A stretch of 64,000 nt of DNA. Source: an uncultured virus (IMG/VR IMGVR_UViG_3300023371_000086) (Duplodnaviria; Heunggongvirae; Uroviricota; Caudoviricetes). The first letter of the stretch is position 1; the number at the start of each line of letters is the position of its first letter. The position numbers were made by a program, and so were the translations under genes. Below are positions 38,194 to 47,779 of the stretch, piece after piece. The notes under the pieces were generated by a model. The model searched no databases, was not told the origin of the DNA, and worked only from the letters and a program-made list of their open reading frames with translations. The stretch lies in the IMG/VR virus record IMGVR_UViG_3300023371_000086; one strand, 5' to 3'.

Positions 38194-38225
38194 TCTTGTA
38201 AATCTTTAAAGTTTCTTCAAGTATT

Positions 38226-38714
38226 TTAACATTTAGAGGATGCATTGGCTCTTTCGGGATGTTCATAAACATTGCCAATCACATCGAAAATATACACCGG
38301 GGACGAGGTTCTTTGATCACCTGCAAGTACACACAAGTCTGTGTCACATCCTTTCTCATCTTTGAAAACAAAACCTCCTTCACAAAATCTTATGCTTGTC
38401 ACATAATCTTTTTTCCTTTTGCCGGCACATTCTGCCAAAGTAAAAGCATCAAACTCTGCTTGGCAACCAAACGTCTTTATCAGTTCGTTTTCATGTTCAG
38501 TCACATGGAGAATATCACCTTCGTAAACTTCTTTTCCATTGACATCCTTGATTCCGGTGTACTGACCTACTGTGCTAGGAAACACTTCATTTTCTTTATA
38601 AAGGTTTGAACAGTCAATCGGATATATGTAAACTCCACCAATGTTATCGTGCAGCAAGTCTCCATATAGCCATCCACATATTTTGGCGTATCCCCTGAAC
38701 TTAATATCTCTCAT
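38226..38714 (-). CDS. YopX family protein
   Basis: MRDIKFRG...WLYGDL...TVGQYTGIKDVNGKEVYEGDI...VIGNVYEHPE. Confidence 0.9.
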   Translation of the reverse strand: MRDIKFRGYAKICGWLYGDLLHDNIGGVYIYPIDCSNLYKENEVFPSTVGQYTGIKDVNGKEVYEGDILHVTEHENELIKTFGCQAEFDAFTLAECAGKRKKDYVTSIRFCEGGFVFKDEKGCDTDLCVLAGDQRTSSPVYIFDVIGNVYEHPERANASSKC

Positions 38715-38941
38715 TTCTTCTTTACTAGTTTTCTTATGGTCCTGTAGGCTTGATCCAGCTCTTTCTCAGTCTCATTGAGCTGCTTCTTCAACTCCTTGTT
38801 TCTCCTGGATTCTTCTGACTTGTATTGTCTGCTTCCACAAGTGCAGTAAGCCTTACCAGGACCATGTACAGCACATCCCATACAGCCTGGGACAAAGACC
38901 TTAAGTCCGTCCTCGGTATATATGTAATGACATCTGCTCAT
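38711..38941 (-). CDS. Cys-rich hypothetical protein
   Basis: 76 aa; CHY...PGCMGC...CTC plus coiled coil. Confidence 0.7.
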   Translation of the reverse strand: MSRCHYIYTEDGLKVFVPGCMGCAVHGPGKAYCTCGSRQYKSEESRRNKELKKQLNETEKELDQAYRTIRKLVKKK

Positions 38942-38942
38942 A

Positions 38943-39782
38943 TTACTTTATCTTGAATTTGGATATATCCTGTGGACTGAAAACATCCTGTCCGTCAAGC
39001 TGTGCAACGAAATCCACTATTTTTTCAAAGTTACCTTCACTTCCTACAACCTTATTCATCACAAGCATCATGAGGCGAGTAAACTCAGCTGCATTGACAT
39101 CTATGGATGTGTACATCTTTTCGTCAAGCTGCTTCGTTTCCTTATCAGTACACATGGCTACGATATGCTTCTGAATGGTGGATTCAAACGTAGTGCGTAT
39201 GGTACTGCATCCTTTTTCAAACTTTGACTTCATTCCTTCGTATATCTTCTTGATACTTGCGAAAGCATACTTGTGTTTGAATATCCAGTCCTTGTCTGAC
39301 TTGTGATTGGCTACATCTTCGGCATCCGGAAATGGATTGTTCTTGAACATAGCATCCGTCCTTCTTTCAAAGTCTTCAAGAAGAATCTGCGAACCTACAA
39401 TCATGTCAATCATGAGGGTTAACAACCAGTTACATTTCTGTTCTTCAACATTCTGCTGCTTCTGCCATTGAAGCGATATTTCTGCAGCTTGCTTTGCAGC
39501 TGATTCTGCACGTCTCTTTTGCTCATCCTCATCTGTAATGAAGTTGAAACAGCCATACTGATATGGGAATATTGCCTTTTTATAAAACTCACAATATGTA
39601 CAAGTAGGATTGGAGTGGGCACAATCTTCACATTTCTGCAACATTCCAGATTTTGTCACAGGCAAATCCTTTTCAGTCTTAATGGTAATCTTTGTGGGAG
39701 CCTGCTGCTTTAGAGAAGGGAACCTGTCTGTCAGTTTGGCGTTACTTCTTGCCACCTCTACATTTTTACGAATCTTACTCAT
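38943..39782 (-). CDS. Hypothetical protein
   Basis: 279 aa; CEDC...C..C cluster, helical C-terminus. Confidence 0.75.
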   Translation of the reverse strand: MSKIRKNVEVARSNAKLTDRFPSLKQQAPTKITIKTEKDLPVTKSGMLQKCEDCAHSNPTCTYCEFYKKAIFPYQYGCFNFITDEDEQKRRAESAAKQAAEISLQWQKQQNVEEQKCNWLLTLMIDMIVGSQILLEDFERRTDAMFKNNPFPDAEDVANHKSDKDWIFKHKYAFASIKKIYEGMKSKFEKGCSTIRTTFESTIQKHIVAMCTDKETKQLDEKMYTSIDVNAAEFTRLMMLVMNKVVGSEGNFEKIVDFVAQLDGQDVFSPQDISKFKIK

Positions 39783-40164
39783 TTTTCTTTCCTCCCTTGT
39801 TTCTCAACCTAGAGGCTTCCATCTTAGCATTCTTCAACTTTAGCTTTAGGTCTTTGTTCTCTGAAATAATACCACCTATAAGGTTACTCTGCTCCTGGTT
39901 CTTTGTGGACAGCTCCTTGTTGATAGTTATGAGTTCATCATTGTTCTTCATCACTCCGTCCACAATAGAAGCAATAGTCATTGACTTATTCTTCTCTTTG
40001 TGCCATCCTAGTGCAGTAAGGACATATGCTAATGCTAGCAACGATTCAATAAGGCTGTGTCTATAACCTCCAATAAAAAGAGAAACACCTCCAACCGCAT
40101 ACATTGTAATGAACGGCCAGGAATTGCAGATCATCTGCTTTAACTTCAATAACTTACTTTTCAT
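39775..40164 (-). CDS. Membrane-anchored coiled-coil hypothetical protein
   Basis: Start revised to MKSKLL; two hydrophobic segments. Confidence 0.65.
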   Translation of the reverse strand: MKSKLLKLKQMICNSWPFITMYAVGGVSLFIGGYRHSLIESLLALAYVLTALGWHKEKNKSMTIASIVDGVMKNNDELITINKELSTKNQEQSNLIGGIISENKDLKLKLKNAKMEASRLRNKGGKKNE

Positions 40165-40171
40165 AATTCTA

Positions 40172-40501
40172 TTACTTTTTGGTTTTGATTTGCTTCTTTG
40201 CAATAGAAAGAGGAACATTCTTCTTTATCAACTTAAATGTCTTCTCTCTACCTAAGCTTCTATACACCGGGAGCCAGTCTTCTTGAACCAAGTCGGCAGG
40301 CTCTCCTGGAGGAATGGCATATTCTCCATTTCCGGACCAATACTTCGACATTGGATTAGATAGTTCTTCTAGAGTAATGCCATGCTTATTCACAATTTTA
40401 TACTCTTTTCCGTTGAATTTAAGACCACCATAATATGTGGCAATCGAGAGCTGACTATTTTGCCAATACTCCTTCGTCATAATGATTGGAGTAGTTGTCA
40501 T
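40172..40501 (-). CDS. Hypothetical protein
   Basis: 109 aa ORF. Confidence 0.7.
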   Translation of the reverse strand: MTTTPIIMTKEYWQNSQLSIATYYGGLKFNGKEYKIVNKHGITLEELSNPMSKYWSGNGEYAIPPGEPADLVQEDWLPVYRSLGREKTFKLIKKNVPLSIAKKQIKTKK

Positions 40502-40627
40502 ATGTCATAAATCTTAGGTTCAACATCATCGTAAACTTTAAGGCAAGAAGCATATATAACAGCTCCAATCTTCGTGAAGAACTTACGCTTCATGTACTCT
40601 GTGAGATTACATTCGTACCATCTTACT

Positions 40628-40882
40628 TCAAACTTCCTTTTCATTCTCTTTGATTTTTAATACAATCAACTCACATACTTCCGACAGATACTCACACTCA
40701 AGCTCCTCTTCAAGGCTTGGTCTTACATCGAATCTTTCTTCAAGATCGGCAAAGAAGATAATCTCGTCTATCGAATCGAAATACATCTTTAATGAATCTG
40801 CCGGTTCTACTTCTTTAGGATTAAATCCATTTCTTTCCAGATAGTCCTGGATGTAACTTAAAACTTCTTCTTTCATAGGCAT
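40628..40882 (-). CDS. Acyl carrier protein-like protein
   Basis: ~84 aa, very acidic; FDSIDEII...LEERFDV matches the ACP DS(L/I)...EEEF pattern. Confidence 0.7.
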   Translation of the reverse strand: MPMKEEVLSYIQDYLERNGFNPKEVEPADSLKMYFDSIDEIIFFADLEERFDVRPSLEEELECEYLSEVCELIVLKIKENEKEV

Positions 40883-40909
40883 CTAATAAGTTTATAAATT
40901 ATTAATTTG

Positions 40910-41080
40910 TCATATTCTTATCGGTTTACCATTCCACTCTAGTTGTAGCATCTCAAACGCCCTGCTCACTTCCACCACCTTTCCATCATCGGCTATCCAT
41001 GCTCCTTCTTCTTCGTTGAATCTTGGACAGGAAGCGAATAGCAGCTCCTGTCCATCGTTATCTTTAGCTATCCAAGCCAT
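40910..41080 (-). CDS. Small hypothetical protein (56 aa; resembles 41466-41657)
   Basis: Read by hand: MAWIAKDNDGQELLF... Confidence 0.6.
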   Translation of the reverse strand: MAWIAKDNDGQELLFASCPRFNEEEGAWIADDGKVVEVSRAFEMLQLEWNGKPIRI

Positions 41081-41272
41081 CGGTCTTTCTTTGTTAGTGT
41101 TGCCATAGTTATGCTATTGTCGGTTTTCGTGTCTCACATAATACTTTCCACTTTCCGTCTTTCGATTTAACAAGAGCAACAAAGTGCGCACAATCAAGAC
41201 AGTTGTCGGTCATTCTCCAATCAAGAAAGCATTTATCGGTTTTGAGTTCCGACACTTCTATAAAATGCTGTT

Positions 41273-41464
41273 TCATTTCTCAATCAGTTTTAGTTCGACA
41301 TTCAGTAGTCGGCACATCTTTTCCATTGTGATACCAGATGGCCAAGCATACCCTTTCTCTATGCTACACATAGCATTGGTTGAGATACCTAACTGCTCTG
41401 CAAGTTGCTTTTGTGACAAGCCTTTCTTCTTGCGTAATGATTTGATCTGTTCTCCAAGCATCAT
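41273..41464 (-). CDS. XRE-family HTH regulator
   Basis: IKSLRKKKGLSQKQLAEQLGISTNAMCSIEKG. Confidence 0.9.
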   Translation of the reverse strand: MMLGEQIKSLRKKKGLSQKQLAEQLGISTNAMCSIEKGYAWPSGITMEKMCRLLNVELKLIEK

Positions 41465-41465
41465 C

Positions 41466-41657
41466 TTACTTCTTTATTACAAGTTCCACTTCCATCGGGC
41501 TGTTCTCGAAGGTCACTTCGGGGAATGAATCCGCTCTTAAAAACAAGCCATTCCCACCTACCCAATATTGACCGATTCCTTCTTCGTAGAAAGATTTAGG
41601 CTTTATCTTGAATAACTCTAATGTGTTATCGGAGTTTCTTGCTATCCACATCTTCAT
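41466..41657 (-). CDS. Hypothetical protein
   Basis: 63 aa; MWIARNSD...FPEVTFENSP. Confidence 0.7.
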   Translation of the reverse strand: MKMWIARNSDNTLELFKIKPKSFYEEGIGQYWVGGNGLFLRADSFPEVTFENSPMEVELVIKK

Positions 41658-41659
41658 GA

Positions 41660-41911
41660 CTATTCCTCCATTTCTTTTCTAAATGATTCAACTCTTTCTT
41701 GGTCTTCGGGATTGAGGTAGTCATAGACATTCTCAAAGAGCCATTGTGTAGCCTTTTCAATCATAGTTTTGTCAGCCCACCTCGCACCTTCGATAAATGC
41801 CTTTCTTCTTGGGAGGTTGGCATCATAAGTGCCTGTAGCCTTTTTGTTTTCTTTCTCTTTAATTCGGTATTCGCTTAATGCTTTGATTTCTATTTCTTCT
41901 CTTCGTGTCAT
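41660..41911 (-). CDS. Hypothetical protein
   Basis: 83 aa; AFIEGARWAD motif. Confidence 0.7.
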   Translation of the reverse strand: MTRREEIEIKALSEYRIKEKENKKATGTYDANLPRRKAFIEGARWADKTMIEKATQWLFENVYDYLNPEDQERVESFRKEMEE

Positions 41912-42258
41912 ACCAAATACTCCTTGTTAAAATACCCTTCCTTGATTCTTGTTTCAATACCTTCTATAAGTCTATCAAAAGTATCGTCTAACGGAACAAT
42001 TTGAGAAGATGCTTTCATTCTCATAATTTCAAGCAATCTTCCAAGCGACCAAGCGGGGATAGAACCTTCACGAATATTGCGATAAAATGGGTCATCCGAA
42101 ATCCAAAAATCCTGTGGAACCAATATAGGTGCTTTGTCTGGGTTAAACTTGATGGGAATAATAGCATCCGCAGTCTCCTTCTTGAGACCTAATGCCAACA
42201 ACCTCTCACTTTGTTCGCGTGAAGTACAGATGGCTGATTTGAAATTGAATTTGCTCAT
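41908..42258 (-). CDS. Hypothetical protein (paralog of 50489-50833)
   Basis: ICT..EQSERL.ALGLKKETAD...PAWSL.RL. Confidence 0.75.
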   Translation of the reverse strand: MSKFNFKSAICTSREQSERLLALGLKKETADAIIPIKFNPDKAPILVPQDFWISDDPFYRNIREGSIPAWSLGRLLEIMRMKASSQIVPLDDTFDRLIEGIETRIKEGYFNKEYLV

Positions 42259-42260
42259 AA

Positions 42261-43034
42261 CTAAAAAAATCTATTTGTTATTTCATTCTTGGTTTCTTCT
42301 ATTCTTCTTTCGGCAATCTTGAAGTATTCCTCATTTAGTTCAATGCCGATGAAATTTCTTTCTGTATTCACGCAGGCAACGCCCGTAGAGCCTGAACCCA
42401 TAGTATTGTCAAGAATGGTATCGCCTTTAGTCGTATAGGTCTTAATGAGCCACTCACATAACTCAACAGACTTTTCCGTAGGATGAACGGATTTGCTTGG
42501 ATGTGTCTTTTGAAACCTTATTATGGACTTGGGGTATTTATCCGTACTTCCTTTCCTATGTTCTTCCGTCACATTAAGAGTACCGTAGCAGTTGTTGGTC
42601 AATTCCTTGTTCTTGTAGGATGTTCCTCTGCCGTGTAGTGGCTGTCCTTTTGTCATTTGTGGATTGTAGGTAGGCAACTCTTTGTAAAACACACAAATAT
42701 CCTCGTGTGACCTAAGTGGCATTTTTTTAGCGTTCAAAAAACCACTCGTTAAAACTTTATCCCAAATCAAGTTGTATCGCCACATCTTAGGGTTTGACAT
42801 CATAAGTTGAGCTGTAAACATACCCTGTGCAAATAATACAATCGCACCATTATCTTTGATTATGCGATTGTATTGTTCCCATAACTTATCGAAAGGAATA
42901 AGCCTATCCCATTGGGCGTGTTCGTTACCTTTGTTCAGCACTTCGTAAGGTAAATCACATAGAATCATATCTATGCTCTTGTCGGCAATATCTTTCATCT
43001 TATCGAGACAATCTCCAAGTATAAGTTTTTCCAT
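42261..43034 (-). CDS. DNA N6-adenine/N4-cytosine methyltransferase (beta class)
   Basis: CDLPY catalytic motif, HPTEK, ILDNTMGSGSTG SAM-binding motif. Confidence 0.92.
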   Translation of the reverse strand: MEKLILGDCLDKMKDIADKSIDMILCDLPYEVLNKGNEHAQWDRLIPFDKLWEQYNRIIKDNGAIVLFAQGMFTAQLMMSNPKMWRYNLIWDKVLTSGFLNAKKMPLRSHEDICVFYKELPTYNPQMTKGQPLHGRGTSYKNKELTNNCYGTLNVTEEHRKGSTDKYPKSIIRFQKTHPSKSVHPTEKSVELCEWLIKTYTTKGDTILDNTMGSGSTGVACVNTERNFIGIELNEEYFKIAERRIEETKNEITNRFF

Positions 43035-43142
43035 ACCTATCTTACTTTATAAACAACCGTTGAATCTATTTGTCTGCCGCTAAAATTCCGAGCCAAAAAC
43101 CTACAAGAGCAGCTACAAGAGCTATTATTATGTTTACACCAA

Positions 43143-43370
43143 TCATTTCCTTTCCTCCTCCAACTTTTTAAGGTCATACATCATCATTAGAATAACGGCA
43201 GGAACACCGAATATCTCCTCGCATCTCTTTGCTTGCTTGGTTGTGAATCCTCGCTTATTCGTAAGGATATCGCACATTACAGGGGTGCTGATACCAATCT
43301 TCTCTGCAAGTTCTCTCTGATTCATTCCCGCATCGGTCATAAAGACCTTGATAAATTGTCCGAATGTCAT
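43143..43370 (-). CDS. XRE/HigA-like HTH protein
   Basis: MNQRELAEKIGISTPVMCDILTNKRGFT. Confidence 0.85.
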   Translation of the reverse strand: MTFGQFIKVFMTDAGMNQRELAEKIGISTPVMCDILTNKRGFTTKQAKRCEEIFGVPAVILMMMYDLKKLEEERK

Positions 43371-43732
43371 TTCCTTTCCTCCTTTTCAAAGTAAAACTTA
43401 CCATCCCAATGATTTAAGGCAACCATACCATATTTAACCGCAAGTCTTGTGTTGAAATGCTCCGCAAGGTACACCGCTTCAAATGTGCGTAACTTTCTTC
43501 TCAGCTCTTCGATAGTTGCTGTTCCCTTATAGAAATTGCACGTACGGCAGGCAGGCATAAGATTCTCTATATCATTGCTTGCGTTCCTTCCTTCGGCTTC
43601 TGCTCGGTACACACTATCAAGATGGTCAACCTGCATATGCTTGATGTCAAGTTCGCATCCGCAGTAAGCACAATGCCCGTTGTATTTCTCATAGACCTCT
43701 TGTCTTACTTTGTGTGGTATTGATTTTCTCAT
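43367..43732 (-). CDS. HNH endonuclease
   Basis: CAYCG...VDH...NLMPACRTCN..K. Confidence 0.9.
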   Translation of the reverse strand: MRKSIPHKVRQEVYEKYNGHCAYCGCELDIKHMQVDHLDSVYRAEAEGRNASNDIENLMPACRTCNFYKGTATIEELRRKLRTFEAVYLAEHFNTRLAVKYGMVALNHWDGKFYFEKEERK

Positions 43733-43938
43733 TTCCTTTTCTTTTTTCGTTCATATCTATCACAAGCCATAGTCATCGTGCCGTGACTTTTTGTGCAGTC
43801 ATAGAACCTCTTGCAAGTCTTGCATTTCGGTGCTTCGCCTTTCTTCTTGACCACCAATAATGGCATAACTGGGAATGGTCTGCGAGGATGCTCTAACTGA
43901 AAATACTCTGATGGAGTATCCCATAAACTCAAGTTCAT
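43729..43938 (-). CDS. Cys-rich hypothetical protein
   Basis: 69 aa; CKTC...C...C. Confidence 0.65.
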   Translation of the reverse strand: MNLSLWDTPSEYFQLEHPRRPFPVMPLLVVKKKGEAPKCKTCKRFYDCTKSHGTMTMACDRYERKKKRK

Positions 43939-44084
43939 TTCCTTTCCTCCCTATATTCAAATCCTAACAATAACCTCCAAAACCACCTCTTGAACCGTGG
44001 CATCGGCTTATAAATCGGAAAACATGTCTCTATGTACGGATTATACAAATACATTGCTTTTGGTGTTTCATTTCCTGCTTTCAT
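43935..44084 (-). CDS. Small hypothetical protein (49 aa)
   Basis: Read by hand: MKAGNETPKAMY...EERK. Confidence 0.55.
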   Translation of the reverse strand: MKAGNETPKAMYLYNPYIETCFPIYKPMPRFKRWFWRLLLGFEYREERK

Positions 44085-44156
44085 ATCCTAGTCCTCATTA
44101 TTAAACAATAACTTCCTGTACTTGCAACGCACTTACCATTGAGGTAGTGGAAATAT

Positions 44157-44339
44157 CTAAGACATTGGTTGGTCATGGTCAACTTCATCATTACTTACTC
44201 TTTCTATATCTTCATTCATGTTCTTTACAAACAAATGCCACAGGATTCCTGCTATTACAACTCCTACAAGAGCTACTACTATGGCACAAATCAAAAAACC
44301 TACAAGCGAGGTTATAATCTCTACTGTTGTCATACGCAT
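44157..44339 (-). CDS. Small membrane protein
   Basis: Long hydrophobic segment. Confidence 0.6.
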   Translation of the reverse strand: MRMTTVEIITSLVGFLICAIVVALVGVVIAGILWHLFVKNMNEDIERVSNDEVDHDQPMS

Positions 44340-45598
44340 TGTCTAAACTTATTCATGTTCTTATTTACTGTCGACAGGATCCTGTCATGATATTTGCTCT
44401 TCTGATTACTATTACCTCTGCACTGAACAACTCTCCAGTCTCTTGTATCAACTTCTATGGTCTCTGTCCTTACTCCGTTAACTCTTGCTCCAAGGATAAG
44501 GGTGTATTCTCTGTCATAATACTTACCACTGAACACACAATGATGCAGTGTGTCACCTTCTCTCTTAAAATCTACTAGAGACTGCAAAGGCTTTATCGTC
44601 AGATCGCCACTTACTATCTCTACTCCTAGCCACCTTCCGCATCTTTCAACAAACCTTGACATCACCTCTCCGTCATCCTTGAGGATTTGAGCTATCTCCT
44701 CTTTCTCAGTCTTTCTGTTCAACATCCTTTCTGCAAGATCGTGAGCTGACTTAAGGTCTGCAGGGCAAATCCATCGTGGGCTTCTGGTATCCTTTCCACA
44801 TCTATTGAGCATATAAATCATATCTACCCAACAATCTACATCACTTATCTTGTACCCATGTCTCAGTGCAACTCTTATTGAAGCAAATACGTCTTTTGAT
44901 ATGCCTCTGTGGTTAAGATGATACTTGACTAGATTCCAGGCTTTGTGTTTCAAAAGAATCTCTATTTGAGGGTCATTAAGAACTCCCTCCAACAATGGGA
45001 TGTAATGTACATCATAAGGAATTCTCTTGAGACCATTCCTCTTGACTACCGGCAGCAGATCAACCTTCTTCGAAAGGTAGCCATGCAATTCATATCTATG
45101 ATGATACTGCTTCAATGTTAGCCTCGTACTCATTTTCCATGAATCGACATAGTAAGTACCAATGTTTACACACCTTGCCATATAGTGATTCTTACATCCA
45201 GGCTTCATCCATACTTGGAACACCTCGTCACAAGACCAATAAACGATACCTACTTCTCTCCTGGAAGCTCTGTTGCACATGAAACTACGAACGACCTGAT
45301 AACCACCACAAGTTTGAACCAATGCGAAATAGTATGAATCATGGCTTATGGTCTTTCTTTTGACATTCTTGATGTACAGCTTCGTTCCACAATGAGGACA
45401 CCTATACCATTCCTTCTTGCTACCACTCTTTACCTCCTGCTTCCACACATAGCCACAATGGTCACACCACGAAGATGCGTTGCTGTGGTACATGTGATTA
45501 TGGGACCTGCGAGCTTCTTCTATCTGCTTTTCAGTAATAGGAGGAAGCGTTGCACTCAAGGCAACTACTTCCTTTTCTTGTGCAGTTCTTGGTTTCAT
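44330..45598 (-). CDS. PcfJ-like protein
   Basis: CDHCG/CPHCG, CPADLKSAHD, EGDTLHHCV, ETIEV...VQCRGNSN. Confidence 0.88.
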   Translation of the reverse strand: MKPRTAQEKEVVALSATLPPITEKQIEEARRSHNHMYHSNASSWCDHCGYVWKQEVKSGSKKEWYRCPHCGTKLYIKNVKRKTISHDSYYFALVQTCGGYQVVRSFMCNRASRREVGIVYWSCDEVFQVWMKPGCKNHYMARCVNIGTYYVDSWKMSTRLTLKQYHHRYELHGYLSKKVDLLPVVKRNGLKRIPYDVHYIPLLEGVLNDPQIEILLKHKAWNLVKYHLNHRGISKDVFASIRVALRHGYKISDVDCWVDMIYMLNRCGKDTRSPRWICPADLKSAHDLAERMLNRKTEKEEIAQILKDDGEVMSRFVERCGRWLGVEIVSGDLTIKPLQSLVDFKREGDTLHHCVFSGKYYDREYTLILGARVNGVRTETIEVDTRDWRVVQCRGNSNQKSKYHDRILSTVNKNMNKFRQCV

Positions 45599-45603
45599 AA
45601 CGC

Positions 45604-46095
45604 CTAGTCATCAAAGCCAAACAACAGACCACCTCCGGCATACTCCTCTTTCTGCTTCTCAAGCATTTCCTTTCGCTTCTTCTCTGCATCCTCAGCTTTC
45701 TTCTTAGCCTTTTCCTCCTCTTTCTTCTTCTCCTCAAGAAGCTTTTTCTTGGCTTGCTCTACAGCATCCTTCTCAATCTCCTCCTGTGCCTGGCGACGGA
45801 TCCTCTCCTGGTCTTCTTCTGACAGACTTTCGTGGGATACTACTACCTTGCATTGAGGTGCCTTGCCATCAAACTTGATGTCTTCATCGAAATAGTGCAT
45901 AGCCATACCGAACACCTCGGCATCGGTCATAGCCTGGCGCTTCAACTTCTTGACTTCACTGATGATGTAATTGCAGCACTTCTCTATGCTGTCATTTTCA
46001 ACTTCGCACTTGGTGCGATACTTCTCTGCGAACGCAGGGTCTTCCGATGCAACCTTGTCTAGATGCGACTTGATTGCCAATTCAAACTCATTCAT
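45604..46095 (-). CDS. PcfK-like protein (family that includes AcrIIA9)
   Basis: FELAIKSHLD..A.ED..FA...CCNYIISEVKK...EVFGMAMHYFDE; upstream of pcfJ. Confidence 0.85.
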   Translation of the reverse strand: MNEFELAIKSHLDKVASEDPAFAEKYRTKCEVENDSIEKCCNYIISEVKKLKRQAMTDAEVFGMAMHYFDEDIKFDGKAPQCKVVVSHESLSEEDQERIRRQAQEEIEKDAVEQAKKKLLEEKKKEEEKAKKKAEDAEKKRKEMLEKQKEEYAGGGLLFGFDD

Positions 46096-46194
46096 AACTT
46101 ACTTTCTTTAGCTGTTTGCTTCTATAAAGGTAGTCAATGATTTTGAATTGAGAAAATCATAACTCATTTATTTTCAGCAAATTAACAAGTTTTA

Positions 46195-46587
46195 TCATTT
46201 ATTTTTCATATAGTCTACAACCTCACACATGAATTGCTCAAATGTACGGCAGACCACATACTTGTTTCCAGCCTTCTCAAACTCCTCTCTCCACACCTTT
46301 TGGGAGTCAGACAGTCTTCCGGTAGGAGTCTTCATTTCTATCGCCAGGCTTCCGTACTCCTTGTTTGGAGTGAGCAGAAGCAGATCTGCAACTCCTGCAA
46401 CCAGTCCTTCTGCCTTTAGCCTTGCTCCGGAACTGCATACTACTTTCATACCATACTTGGTATGCACCATCTTTGTGTTTCTCTTTCCTTCATTCGGAAC
46501 GTGAATCAACACCTGAGCATACTTTGGATATTGGAAGCGGAACCAACGAATAACCTCTTGCTGTAATTGACTTTCTAAATTTCTCAT
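46195..46587 (-). CDS. VRR-NUC nuclease
   Basis: ESQLQ, HVPNEG, GVADL, IEMK, LSDSQ. Confidence 0.9.
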   Translation of the reverse strand: MRNLESQLQQEVIRWFRFQYPKYAQVLIHVPNEGKRNTKMVHTKYGMKVVCSSGARLKAEGLVAGVADLLLLTPNKEYGSLAIEMKTPTGRLSDSQKVWREEFEKAGNKYVVCRTFEQFMCEVVDYMKNK

Positions 46588-47159
46588 ATCTTAACTTTCT
46601 TAAACATCATTCCTTTATAGGGTCTACCTCTTTTCATTTGACGGAATAGCGTGCCTAAACTGATACCATCTTTTGAAGCTTCACTTATAGGACAATATCT
46701 TTTTACCTCGACACCATCTTTATATGCTATTAAAACCTTGCACAAATAATGTTCAGTACCTCTCTTGGGCCTTACATTCTTTGCCGGATCAGACAAACCT
46801 AACTTACAAGCGTGAACTTTATTCTCTGAACTTGTAACCCATTCTAAGTTCTCCACGCGGTTATCAGTCTTTATACCATTTTTGTGGTTTATCTCTCTCT
46901 TGTTTTGTGGATTTTCTATGAAAGCTGTAGCTACTGCTCTATGAACTCTTATACCAATTAGCTTTCCTTTATTTCTTATACCACATATTAAATAGCCATC
47001 TCTATCACTCCAAAGTTTTCTAACTTTTGGGGCGTAATGAAATACTCTACCATCCTTATAAACAACAGTTCTATTAGTTGAGCGAACACGGCCTTTTGTA
47101 CTAACCTCGTATCGTCCTTGAGTATCTTCAATTATTTTCCAACTTTCTTGCATTGACAT
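46584..47159 (-). CDS. NUMOD4-HNH homing endonuclease
   Basis: WK.I...YEVSTKGRVRS; VHRAVATAF; INHKNGIKTDNRVENLEW. Confidence 0.92.
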   Translation of the reverse strand: MSMQESWKIIEDTQGRYEVSTKGRVRSTNRTVVYKDGRVFHYAPKVRKLWSDRDGYLICGIRNKGKLIGIRVHRAVATAFIENPQNKREINHKNGIKTDNRVENLEWVTSSENKVHACKLGLSDPAKNVRPKRGTEHYLCKVLIAYKDGVEVKRYCPISEASKDGISLGTLFRQMKRGRPYKGMMFKKVKI

Positions 47160-47172
47160 AAACTTACTTTTT

Positions 47173-47394
47173 TTATCTTTTAGCGTTTCCTACTATAACG
47201 ATTCCCTTTACTTCCTTTTGCTTAAAATTCTTCAAGCATCTGTAATCACAATTCAGCCTATACTTTCCACTCAACTTGCATTCTCCAAGCGATATAACCA
47301 TGAAACTAGGATGAGCTGTGCTGTGCCATTCTTCTCCTGGCTGCCAATGCTCACAATCTGAACATCTTTGGCTTGGTCTTCTTCCCATAATCAA
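47173..47394 (-). CDS. Cys-rich hypothetical protein
   Basis: CSDCEHW...C. Confidence 0.65.
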   Translation of the reverse strand: MIMGRRPSQRCSDCEHWQPGEEWHSTAHPSFMVISLGECKLSGKYRLNCDYRCLKNFKQKEVKGIVIVGNAKR

Positions 47395-47576
47395 AACAAT
47401 TTTGGTCTTCTTACATAAGCTATCATGTCATCTACTTTACGTTCAAGCTCCTTGCTTCTTTTCAGATCGTCACTGTTCCTGGTCTTGAAGTAAGACTTCT
47501 GGGCTTCACGCATTGCCTCTACAGCATTTAAGAATGCAACCAATGCTTCTCCGAAGGGGTTTTTGTCGTGTTCCAT
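47391..47576 (-). CDS. Hypothetical protein
   Basis: MREAQKSYFKTR...SKELERKVD. Confidence 0.7.
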   Translation of the reverse strand: MEHDKNPFGEALVAFLNAVEAMREAQKSYFKTRNSDDLKRSKELERKVDDMIAYVRRPKLF

Positions 47577-47578
47577 GT

Positions 47579-47779
47579 CTATTTCTTTTTACGTTTCTTT
47601 CTATTTACTCTCTGCCATACCAGGTATTCTGCATAGTCCACACAATTTGCAATCATTTCATGATAACCCATATAGAATCCTAGTAAATAACAGCTATGCC
47701 ATGTACTTCCTCTTGATCCATCGTAAGGGGGTATCTGTCTTTTTCTATTGTGTGGACAATCAGTACACGGCTTTCTCAT
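47579..47779 (-). CDS. Hypothetical protein
   Basis: 66 aa; CTDC. Confidence 0.6.
   Translation of the reverse strand: MRKPCTDCPHNRKRQIPPYDGSRGSTWHSCYLLGFYMGYHEMIANCVDYAEYLVWQRVNRKKRKKK

Larger units (their letters stand above)
43143..43950 (-). repeat. 16-bp gene-junction repeat GGAGGAAAGGAAATGA (3 exact, 1 partial)
   Basis: Exact at 43143-43158, 43367-43382, 43935-43950; partial at 43729. Confidence 0.85.

Noticed and set aside
46584..47159. Group I intron around the NUMOD4-HNH gene
   Set aside because: Neighbouring genes are intact and abut it, leaving no room for an intron core
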